DNA of 64,000 nucleotides from Lytechinus pictus (Eukaryota): NCBI RefSeq assembly GCF_037042905.1, contig NC_087252.1, positions 9,426,001 to 9,490,000 of the forward strand, read 5' to 3'. Shown piece by piece: positions 55,701 to 64,000 of this stretch (position 1 is its first letter; each line of letters starts with the position of its first letter). The notes under the pieces were generated by a model. It saw only the letters and a program-made list of their open reading frames with translations, ran no database searches and was not told where the DNA came from. The position numbers and the translations under genes were made by a program.

Positions 55701-58042
55701 GGGAGAGGGGTGGGGCGCCATGCACTCTTCGAAGTGTTTGGGGCAAGGAAACAAGTTTAAAAGGGTAAAAGATATCTTCAAATCAATTTTACTAGCTAGA
55801 TTTCACCTGTTCTTCATGATTAAGTTCTACTTTTATTCGCATATTTTTTTCAAAGTTCTGCGCAAATAATTTTTCAAAGTTCTGCGCAAATAATTTTTCA
55901 CTAACTTTTCAAAAGTAAGTGGTACTCACTCAAGCGGAAATATTTTTCGACAGTTATATCGTCATTTGCTTAAATGGAGCTGTACCAATGTTAACATGTG
56001 GAAAAATCTTCAGGATATTATAAATGTATAATTTTACAGGATTTTTTCTAAGTGTAAACTTTTTTTTGATACGCACTGTATATGGCAAAAGTGGAGGAAG
56101 AATTCACCTAAAGAGGTCTAAATTTTGCAAAGGAATATGCATCAAAATCCTCTCCCACCACCTGGACCCAGGATAACACCATAATTTTACTCAAGCCGGC
56201 CAAGCCGCGCCGCCAAGAGCAGCTCAGCTGCATGCATGCATGCAATTATCGTATGCATAACACAGATGTCAACTTTTTTCCCATGAGGCATTGCGGATTT
56301 CGGCTTGTCCGCTGAAACCGATAGGAGGCGCACTGTATTGCGAATCCACCGAATTGTCAGATGCTTGACAACATCATGGTTAAACCCACTCAGTCTTTTA
56401 TCAGTTCGGTCTTATTACCATTTGGTGTAGTCACAACTCTCTAAAAGAAATCATTAAAAAGAACCCAGTTCTTACGTAGAGAAAATATTATTTTTTTCTA
56501 CTATCAATAATTATTACCGGGGGGGGGGGGGGTGTTTGACAAAGATTTAATTATGACTTTGAGTCGCACTTAAATTCCTAGTTGCGTGAATTCTAAAAGA
56601 CATCACTGCATTGGTCAGATCATACATGTACGAAGAGGACGCGCACTACCGCGTATCCATCAATCAGATTGCGCGTTGCATATCATGTACGCGTCGGCAT
56701 TTAAGTGCGACTCTAAGTCATACTTAGATCTTTGTGAAACACCCCTGGTCTTTGGTAAGCTTTCGGTTGCCAGGCTGCAGGCTTCACCTTCGTCATAGCT
56801 GTTGTTGTTGCTGAAGCAGCATGATGAAGCAATAGAATGGAATCGTAGGAGGAGAAAGCGTATTGTCCTAAGCATGGAACGGGACCCCCCTATGAATAGA
56901 AACTTGGGACATTTGCAATATCCTATCTCCTCCACGAACAATCCCTTTCTAATGCTTTGGGGTGCTGCTCCAACAACAGCCACCACGGCGAAGGTCTGAC
57001 GAAGCGTGCAGTCTTGCATGCGAAAGCCTTAACCCTCAAACACGTGAAAATCCTTGATTGTGGAAAAGTTTTCTGTGTACACACAAATCAGATGAATCTT
57101 TTCAGTGATCCTAGTTCTTACCTTGCACTTTGCACAGGTATCGAGTGCCCATCGGGAGTTTGCCAGGATCAGGGAAGCAATGGAAACGTTTGGTGATGCC
57201 GGCACTCATGGTATACTCTACGCACGCTAGTTCACACGGAAGGTACGTGTCATCATCGGGGACTTGGCATAATGTCTTTACAGCTATCATGTAGAATGGA
57301 TGATTGACTATGTCTAAAGGGAATTGAAAAGACATGATATTTCAATCATTCAAGCCAGAACTCATGAGGATCGGAAGACAAATTTTAGTGGATGTTTCTG
57401 ACGAAATGGTCGATGATAAGGTTGAAAACATAATCTCGTACTGAAGAGCAACAACTCAAATGATTTAAACTTCAAGCAACTGATTTCTTAGTCAACCAAG
57501 ATTCAAATGACAATAATAAATTATTGCAAGTACACACTTCCTCATCCTCCTCATTTGGTTCCAAGAAACTTAATATTGAAGAAAAGCAAACATTCCCCTG
57601 TACAGTGGTGCTCAAAATTTAGTGAACCCCATCCGAAAATAAACATATTTAAAGTATTTAAGATCTGCCAGGTCAAGGATATTTAATTTAATGATAAAAT
57701 ATTCCATTCAGTAAAGTTTGTTTCTCTGACAGAGCTCGCCAAACATTGTGGTGTCAGTTGTCTGCACTCAACACTCAGCATGAAGGAATGCATTTTGTGT
57801 TGGGGTTCACTAACTTCTGAGCACAACTCACTGTACATCTTGACAAGCCTTCAAATACTTTTAAAACAATACACTGTACAACTGAACAAGCCTTCAAATA
57901 CTTTACCTACACCAGTAGACCATGATGATTTCAAGGCAGCAGCCTCGGTTCGTCTTCTCTTTTCAAGATAATCACTCACTGAAAAACGATTCTAAAAGAT
58001 TCATGAGGAAGGAAAGGAATATATGATATAAAGGACAACAAC

Positions 58043-58073
<31 letters not shown>

Positions 58074-59579
58074 CAATAGAGAATAACAGTATTAAAAGTC
58101 ACAGTAATTATAATTATAATAATAAAAATAATGATACTAATAACAATTAAAATATTGAAAGATGTAAATACCAGGTAAAAAGTAATAATGATGATAATAC
58201 TACTGTAAATCGCAAACCTAAAAACAATGCCAAAACAAAAATAGTAACACTGATATTATGAAACTATTCATGGATGTAATATTTGAAAAGATAAATTAGA
58301 TTTATTATGGTACACTATTGGTAAATAGTCGAAATCGACTGAGGAGCCCAACCTAAACCTCCTCCTGAGTCCTCCCTATTGGTTTTGCAAATGAAGCTGG
58401 CTCAGGCGAAAAAAGGAATCTATTAACAGCTACATGTACATGTATCTCACATTCACATACACTTTTACATCATATATATGCCATCATTGCACAAGTATTA
58501 TAAAATCATAAACGAGGATATGAGCAAAATCTTTTGCCTTTGGATATATTGCAACAAAAATAAAAAAGATATCATTAGGTACAATATATCGATAATTACA
58601 AATATTCCCTTTGAAGACAATGATTCTAAAATTTTAAAGACTTGTAAACTGTTTCATTGGGTTGTAAGTCATGTACATGAACAGTATTTTTATAATCTAA
58701 ATGTCAATGTAAATTGACTGAAATCTTGTATTGCAACATGGACTGTTGCCCAATTTGGAAGTGAGCCAACATTTTGGAGAAATGATTTTGCAACCTCCAG
58801 TTCAAAACACTGAGTTGCTTCACAATCCACAGAAACGTATGGAAAGCCACTTGTCTACTCAACTCTGATTCAATAAATGCATGCATGAAATCTGCACAAC
58901 ACGTTTGTATGAATTTATGCCTCAGTGCAAGTTTCCCAAATCATATAACGTCCAGTTTTCTATTCAGAGTTATGTGAGGAAAATGATTGGTGTTAACGTT
59001 GTTTATATTTGGTTCAGGTTTTGTTTAGCTTGATCTAGAGATTTTCCAATGGAACAATCGCCACAAGAAAATGTTCAATTCTGTGAATGTATTTTATTTT
59101 CTCCCGTTACCAATACTAGAGCCAAACATTAAATGTGCTACAATGATACACTACTTTACATCGTCGATAAACCTATCTCTTGATATTATTCTACAGCGTA
59201 CCATGTACATCAAGTCAAAGACGGCAAGTTTTGCTATTAATTAGTATCAGGGCTTAACAACCAATTGCAATCAAGGTTGCCACGGTAATTAGGTGTCAAT
59301 AAAATGGGACCCTGAACTAAAGAGTGAGCCAACATTTTGGACAAATGAATTTCCATATATTTCTGTGGATTGTGAAACAACTCATTGTGTTGATTTGGAG
59401 GTTGCAAAACTGTTGGCTCACTTCCTCACTTCCGTGAATTAAGAAGAAGAGGAATATGTTACCGTGATGAGTTGCCCTGTGCAATCCAATTTCCCTTCAT
59501 ATCCTGACGCTCCCTTGTCTTCTTTCTTCTTTTGTTTGGCGCGAGCTGTGTACTCCTTCTGAATATCTTCTGGAAGCAT
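32452..59579 (-). CDS. mael: Maelstrom (piRNA pathway), spliced: join(59579-59463, 57991-57907, 57313-57122, 46564-46434, 45537-45483, 39274-39130, 38434-38366, 37519-37288, 35996-35942, 35656-35591, 34189-34082, 32633-32452) = 1437 nt, 478 aa; N-terminal HMG part missing
   Basis: All junctions are GT-AG and phase-compatible, with no internal stops. HMG-box end (LPEDIQKEYTARAK), MAEL motifs YLPCELACVEYTMSAGITKRFHCFPDPGKLPMG, DIHKIP, RCEYHEE...NCAL...YCLSDAVC (ECHC Zn ligands), and a low-complexity C-terminus. Confidence 0.9.
32701..33126. mobile_element. MITE, intact member of the family that hosts the nest at 46638-56358
   Basis: TIR ggcaaattccatggattcacaatacgg / ccgtattgtggatccatcgaattaggcc. 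Internal tactgtaatgtgactgtgatgcttcaaaa is shared with 48764-48792. Confidence 0.8.
34082..34189 (-). CDS. mael: mael coding exon
   Basis: ttttacag|...GASHLYAGPPEPP...QQKP|gtaag; phase 1/1. Confidence 0.75.
34597..35228 (+). repeat. (GAT/GGT)n trinucleotide low-complexity tract
   Basis: Seen directly in the sequence. Confidence 0.95.
35231..35392 (+). mobile_element. 5'-truncated tRNA-derived SINE
   Basis: B-box in cccgggttcgattccc, followed by gtgccctttggtaaggcatttatcctca SINE core-like sequence and an A-rich end. A more degenerate one lies at about 45296-45402. Confidence 0.7.
35591..35656 (-). CDS. mael: mael coding exon
   Basis: cattcag|...GIAHVVSQPKSNIPETVHSQES|gtataa; phase 1/1. Confidence 0.65.
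35942..35996 (-). CDS. mael: mael coding exon
   Basis: ctgtag|AQRMASYEDKPLRQPSTI|gtatgt; phase 0/1. Confidence 0.72.
36161..36759. mobile_element. Kolobok-like MITE, TTAA TSD
   Basis: TTAA|aggtcaagtccacc...ggtggacttttcct|TTAA. Confidence 0.85.
37288..37519 (-). CDS. mael: mael coding exon (end of MAEL domain)
   Basis: ttcatag|CYCLSDAVCPRYDVELTPNHIP...INTARE|gtagga. Confidence 0.88.
38366..38434 (-). CDS. mael: mael coding exon with the C-x2-H...C zinc ligands
   Basis: ttcatccag|RCEYHEETEVVLENCALGTCNKY|gtgagt. Confidence 0.9.
38580..39100 (+). repeat. (CAT/CAC)n low-complexity tract
   Basis: Seen directly in the sequence. Confidence 0.92.
39130..39274 (-). CDS. mael: mael coding exon
   Basis: catttag|GMSNNLTKVYEAELLILELF...SSAWDYMKDT|gtgagg. 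Confidence 0.88.
39326..39923. mobile_element. Kolobok-like MITE
   Basis: TTAA|aggacaagtccacc...ggtggacttgacct. Confidence 0.85.
39930..45138. mobile_element. piggyBac-like MITE (TTAA TSD, CCCT termini) interrupted by a 4.4-kb foldback
   Basis: TTAA|ccctaaaaagactggg...cccagtctatttaggg|TTAA, with subterminal gggggctgaatcagccccc palindromes. Confidence 0.85.
40622..45068. mobile_element. Foldback-type non-autonomous element with TGT...ACA termini and probable GGGG TSD (Ginger-like)
   Basis: tgttgcacccacaaatgtaat / attacatttgtgggtgtaaca. Inverted arms of more than 1 kb are made of about 20-25-bp and about 52-bp tandem repeats. Inserted in a G run; no ORF. Confidence 0.85.
45483..45537 (-). CDS. 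mael: mael coding exon
   Basis: gatcatag|LRCREVVEFTLSWLARNG|gtaagt. Confidence 0.85.
46434..46564 (-). CDS. mael: mael coding exon
   Basis: tttgtag|GEDIHKIPAEGFEQYNDNYKEIWRDLIAFVNP...PPLFCE|gtgagt. Confidence 0.9.
46737..48767 (+). repeat. 32-bp minisatellite, about 63 units (aagtgctagtgtactgaggYgcaggMagcgtt)
   Basis: Head-to-tail period of 32; variant patterns recur at 384 bp (47881/48265, 47977/48361). Confidence 0.97.
48913..55192. mobile_element. About 6.3-kb foldback element with long inverted arms and about 180-bp internal tandem repeats
   Basis: ttgagcaaggtgccacacggaaaaggagaaattttca (48928) is mirrored ending at 55192. About 700 bp of near-identical arms are followed by degenerate inverted repeat arrays with an axis near 51680. 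The left end may be TAGTCC (Academ-like, uncertain); the right terminus appears clipped. Confidence 0.85.
53043..54487. mobile_element. hAT-like non-autonomous element, 8-bp TSD, in the right arm of the foldback
   Basis: ttcgacac|caaccgcgtagccagg...cctggctacgcgcctg|ttcgacac. The mirrored arm (about 49624-49631) shows the empty site. Confidence 0.88.
57122..57313 (-). CDS. mael: mael coding exon (start of MAEL domain)
   Basis: ccctttag|DIVNHPFYMIAVKTLC...YLPCELACVEY...PDPGKLPMGTRYLCKVQ|gtaag. Confidence 0.93.
57603..57833. mobile_element. Tc1/mariner-like MITE, TA TSD
   Basis: ta|cagtggtgctcaaaatttagtgaacccc...ggggttcactaacttctgagcac...cactg|ta. Confidence 0.8.
57907..57991 (-). CDS. mael: mael coding exon (linker)
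   Basis: tcttttag|NRFSVSDYLEKRRRTEAAALKSSWSTGV|gtaaag. Confidence 0.82.
59463..59579 (-). CDS. mael: mael coding exon (end of HMG box); begins with an in-frame ATG
   Basis: gattccag|MLPEDIQKEYTARAKQKKKEDKGASGYEGKLDCTGQLIT|gtaaca. Confidence 0.85.
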
Positions 59580-60391
59580 CTGGAATCAGAGGAAGAAAAA
59601 AAGGCAGCTTTTTTATGTCATTGTATGAGTGTCAGCTACAAGTACCATAGGGAGCCAGGGAAAAATACACAGGTGCTGGGGGGTGACGGGTGCCCCCAAA
59701 ATGCTCAAAAGAGCACTGGAAGCTCAAAAGGGAGCCCTAAAAAATACCCATTCATTGAAATTTTAAAGCTTATCAAATGTTGCAGATTTTTATAGGCAAT
59801 AAGTTGTAAAAAGCAGCCCCCACCCCCTTAGAAAAAAAAACAATGGGGGGGCCTGATAGGGATTGAATTATTTGCTGAATCCAGATTTTGTGAAAAAAGC
59901 ATTGGAAATATGTCTTGTCTTTCCGTTGATGCCCACAATCAAAGTGTTGATTATTATAGCAAAGTTGGCAAATATCTCATGTCCCATGATCCTTTGCATA
60001 AATCTATTTGCGATAAGGTCAATCAACTTGATTTTTTATTGGCATTGCGGTAAAGTTTTTCAGTTTAAGATACGATCCTAAAAAATTTGCAAATTGAAAT
60101 ATCGTCCGTGAACTCGGAACAAAACCTCAGATTTCATCATTTGAATAAAAGCAAAAGTTATGAAGAAAATGATGAGTTTACAGAAAAAAAATTATATCTC
60201 TATGAGAGGGAGAGAAGGTTTGACTAGAGCCCAGCCACTCCAGGCGCAAGCGCGGAGGTTAATCATCATGTGCATTTTGAACACTATTCATTGTCAGGCC
60301 TCGGAACAGCTCCAGGCCACCGCGGACTCACTCATCATTCCTGCCGGAACTACCCCGCTACTAATCCCCCATACCGTTACCAAATACTCAC

Positions 60392-60455
60392 TTTCCACCC
60401 GGGATGCGCAATTGCATGGGACCATGTCTTGCATCAAAACTTTACGGCCTTCCAA
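60392..60455 (-). pseudogene. mael: Truncated, frameshifted remnant of the mael HMG-box exon (copy a)
   Basis: LEGRKVLMQDMVP[frameshift]IAHPGWK|gtgagt. The phase-0 donor fits the next exon (WK|MLPEDIQKEY). Confidence 0.7.
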
Positions 60456-60873
60456 GAAAATATCTCATGTCCCATGATACTTTGCATATATCTATTTGCG
60501 ATTAGGTCAATCAACTTGATTTTTCATTGGCATTGCGGTAAAGTTTTTTTTTTAAGATACGATCCTAAAAAATTTGCAAATTGAAATCGTCCGTGAACTC
60601 GGAACAAAACCTCAGATTTCTTCATTTGAATAAAAGCAAAAGTTATGAAGAAAATGATGAGTTTACAGAAAAAAAATTATATCTCTATGAGAGGGAGAGA
60701 AGGTTTGACTAGAGCCCAGCCACTCCCGGCGCAAGCGCGGAGGTTAATCATGTGCATTTTGAACACTATTCATTGTCAGGCCTCGGAACAGCTCCAGGCC
60801 ACCGCGGACTCACTCATCATTCCTGCCGGAACTACCCCGCTACTTATCCCCCATACCGTTACCAAATACTCAC

Positions 60874-60937
60874 TTTCCACTCGGGATGCGCAATTGCATG
60901 GGACCATGTCTTGCATCAAAACTTTACGGCCTTCCAA
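60874..60937 (-). pseudogene. mael: Truncated, frameshifted remnant of the mael HMG-box exon (copy b)
   Basis: LEGRKVLMQDMVP[frameshift]IAHPEWK|gtgagt. Confidence 0.7.
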
Positions 60938-62120
60938 CAGTAGAGGCGCACGGCCAATATTGGAGACTGTCTCCAATGTGGGAGATTATCTCCAATATCA
61001 GAGACTTTTGTAAAGAATTTGGGTATCCAATTCTCGCTACCCCAAATAGCGATTTCGCCGAGATCCGGGAAAATCCCTGTAACGTGCATTGCATTATGGG
61101 ATAGCTTTTTCGGTATTACAACTTCCTGTTCGGAAGTCCAACGCACTGTTTTGCCATTTAGATCAACAGTGCCGTCATGCACAACAACACAACGTAGCTT
61201 TCGCTCGGAAAGTTCGTGATCACAACCCTCTCTTTCACTAACAGTTTTACAGCCTTTTCTGCTAAAGTCACTTATTCTGCCTGCCGCTTTCCATTGCACG
61301 GTATTCATCTGTCAGTTAAGATTTTTTTAAGTTCCGAAACTGATTTTTATCCATTTTGTGGTCGACGAAAAATTGAACGAAATGAATGCTGAATATATTT
61401 AGTGTCTAGTTGAATACGATCGTGATGTCAGGCCGGTCGCTAAATGCAAAATTTTAAGATATTCATTATTTGTTTTATTTTTTTATAACCAAATAAAAAC
61501 ATGAATAAAAATTATTCTCACGTGAAATATATTTTTTATTTTTATTTATAATTCAAATGGAATCAAAACTGACCAAATGTAATAAAAAGTATAATACTCT
61601 GTACATATTACGCTGATTGGCATCGATTTCAGCGTGGTGGAAAACTCAGTATCGCGAACCTCGCGCGAGCATGACTCTAAACCGGAAGTGGTGATGACGA
61701 CCCAACATGTGAAAATTATCTCGTCTCGCGCATTATGAGATTTTTGTTCCTATTTGGGGTAGCGAGAATTTCAGAGACAGTCTCCAGTTTTGGAGACCAA
61801 TTTCCTTTGTTTACATTTGCTGCAAAAGGATTACCTTGGCGGCAAATAAAAATGTGATAAGGAGATTCCTCATGAAAAATTACCCCTTTTCACTTTCTAC
61901 TTTAAAAATTCACCGTCTACTTTTGTTTTGATAAGGATTTTTGTAGTCAATCACACACAAAACAAATGGGCTTCTGACCTCAGTGAGACAAAATTTTGGG
62001 TGGAAAAAATCATGCTTTTGTTCGTGTTGTTTCTTTTGTCCTTTTGCAAAGCAAGTCTCCAATGTGGGAGATTGTCTCCCCTATTGGAGAGTCTCCCATA
62101 TTGGCCGTGCGCCTCTACTG
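60938..62120. mobile_element. 1183-bp non-autonomous TIR transposon, 5-bp TSD TCCAA
   Basis: tccaa|cagtagaggcgcacggccaatat...atattggccgtgcgcctctactg|tccaa. Empty site at 60451-60455. Confidence 0.92.
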
Positions 62121-62849
62121 TCCAAGAAAATATCTCATGTCCCATGCACTTGTTCACTGCAACCACCTTGCCTGTGGGGAATCTACAGGTTGGACTATGG
62201 CATGCCAATGCTATACAGAGCACACACTTTAAAAAATGATTAATATATCACTTTTGTGACCAAAATTACTTATTTCCATACAGTTGCAATTTATTTTTCA
62301 TTAGTAACTTGGGAATAATTTTTGTATTCACTAGAGCGCTCAAAAACTTGAATTTTTGGCATATTTTGTGTACGCCCTCTATTGGTGGAAAATAATATGG
62401 CAAGAATTTTTTCATTTTTTTATCTCTATTTTTAATTAAGAAAAAATAATTTAAAGAATCAAATTTACTTAAGGGCCAAGGTATATGACGAATAGGTGTA
62501 ATGGAAACTGTCAGTGTAAAAAAATCAAGCATTTGTCCCAAAGAAAAAGAGAAAATAAGCCAAACATTGCCATCCTTATTTTGCCACACATGGAGATATA
62601 ACTGAGAGTGAGAACAAGGTTATATCATAACCTAGACCAAAAGCTTCAGTCTCTGTATTTTGGTTGTTCCGCTGAACTACGTTGGCTCCACTCACCATAC
62701 ATAGACTGAAGGGGATGGGGCCCCGTACCTACAGCCAACGTATAGTGAACTAGCGTTTTATAGATCGCGATTTAAAACTGTTTTTTAAGCAAAATTGAAA
62801 GTTTCATGGTTTCCATTATCAGGGAAATATATATAACTTAAGTAATTGC

Positions 62850-63210
62850 ATACCTTGGGCCGGAGTTATTGAAAAAAATCCTCTGGATGATTGAGAAATC
62901 TGTCATCTAAGACATTTTCACCTGACCTGACGGTTTTTCTTGCAAGTTGCCATCTTGAATGACGTCATTGTCGTTATTAACTTAATGTCTCGAATCGATA
63001 TATCGCGATTATAACTAGTACTCGTACTAGTATAACTAGTATCGTTTATCTTCGGTTTCGTTCGCATATGGAGCAGATCGTATAATATCGAAAGCAATAT
63101 CGATATCACATTCGTGATTGTTGACGTTCGTTTGTAAATATTTTATAGTTTGGCTGCCATTTTGACCATTTTTATCGTGTTCAACCCAATTAAACATCGG
63201 TAAAGTATAT
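62850..63210. promoter_or_regulatory. CpG-enriched candidate promoter / first-exon region
   Basis: GCCATCTTG (YY1-like) at about 62949, TGACGTCA (CRE) at about 62960, GCCATTTT at about 63156. Minus-strand donor-like CAAG|GTATGC near 62853. Confidence 0.3.
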
Positions 63211-64000
63211 TTTTCATGCCTTTTTCATCTATATCGTTTAAAGTATTGAAATGTTGGAATATCATCAATTAAAAGTTTGTTGTTTATACATCCTTAGATT
63301 GTAAATTCGATGTGTAAAATTACATCAAACTTTGGACTGTGAATTGACAAAAGGGAGGGAATGAGAACACATGCGAGCCCACACGTACACCCTACCGTCG
63401 GTAAATGGGGATTACAGTAAAATGTCAGAAATTGTTGAATAAATCCCCAGAAACGACGGTTATTCCTGTCTAATCATAACCTTGTTCATTGAATGAGTGG
63501 ATATAATCAACTTTCATAAAAGCCTTGTATGAGGAGACTTTTCACTTATGTCGACTTTTCATTTTATGCATGTCCAAATCATGTAACGTGAGTAACCCAC
63601 ACATTCCAAAGATTTGCCAGGAGCATAATAAAATTTCCCAAGTTTTATTTTTATACAAAGTCAAAGGATAGCTAGTCAGACTGTGTAGTATGGTTGGAAC
63701 TACCCCTTATCGACCACCTAATCTTCTCAGCATCGTATCTGCGAAAATATTCATCAATTTTACTCAGTTTTAGTCCCATTTGTGCAGAAAATTGAGCAGA
63801 TCAGATTCCCATGTTTCGCTCGGCGACTCCGATTCAATCCGCGTATATATCGACGAACAACGAATACGACGATTTTACATTTGCTCATTTGCACCCGTCT
63901 TTTGAAACCGACCACCCGCGATACACTAAGTTTACGGCCGATTCTTGTCGCGGTGGCGAAATATTTTTATTCTTTCAAATCAGTTCTATGATGTCAACAT

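Larger units (their letters stand above)
48803..56078. mobile_element. Tc1/mariner-like non-autonomous element, TA TSD, interrupted by a foldback
   Basis: ta|cagtgcatatcaaaaaaaagtttacactt...aagtgtaaacttttttttgatacgcactg|ta. Confidence 0.88.
46638..56358. mobile_element. MITE (family of 32701-33126) expanded to about 9.7 kb by a satellite and nested insertions
   Basis: Left TIR ggccaattatgtggattcacaatac, right TIR gtattgcgaatccaccgaattg. Internal sequence is colinear with 32701-33126 once the inserts are removed. Confidence 0.8.
59970..60937. repeat. About 485-bp direct tandem duplication containing mael exon remnants
   Basis: 59970-60457 matches 60458-60937. A third unit start (aaatatctcatgtcccatg) at 62128-62146 is cut after 19 bp. 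Confidence 0.93.

Noticed and set aside
48803..56078. Autonomous transposase gene within the large TIR elements
   Set aside because: No long ORF or DDE motif in this or any other TIR element of the window.
60160..61013. Duplicated + strand ORFs of 105 and 122 aa
   Set aside because: They start on non-supported codons in repeat/intron sequence of the 485-bp duplication and have no recognisable protein features.
62918..62953. MATCKKNRQVR as the mael start exon
   Set aside because: Too short, no HMG helix-1 motif, and it cannot be joined in frame to the exon remnants with convincing splice sites.

Overview
AT-rich animal genomic DNA, not prokaryotic: GT-AG introns, LINE/SINE fragments, many non-autonomous TIR elements and microsatellites. 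The repeat landscape suggests a marine invertebrate, possibly a sea urchin (inference). The left part (about 1.2-24.7 kb) is a tandem duplication of a + strand gene whose whole 338-aa ORF lies in one exon (10216-11232, 22150-23166). Each copy has an upstream non-coding exon preceded by a conserved cluster of NF-kB-like sites. The protein looks all-helical/coiled-coil with one central Gly/Ala-rich hydrophobic stretch, an architecture like ClyA/HBL-NHE alpha pore-forming toxins, so it is a candidate inducible immune effector. An orphan 3' fragment (12778-12993) records a template switch that gave copy 1 the 3' end of copy 2. The right part (32.4-61 kb) holds a - strand maelstrom (piRNA pathway) gene: 12 phase-compatible coding exons give a 478-aa ORF with the end of an HMG box, the MAEL domain with ECHC residues, and an (LGRG)5 tail. 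The upstream HMG exon is present only as two truncated, frameshifted copies, one next to a 5-bp-TSD transposon. The introns contain deeply nested transposons, two multi-kb foldback elements and a 32-bp satellite that arose inside a MITE. All calls were made by eye, without database searches.
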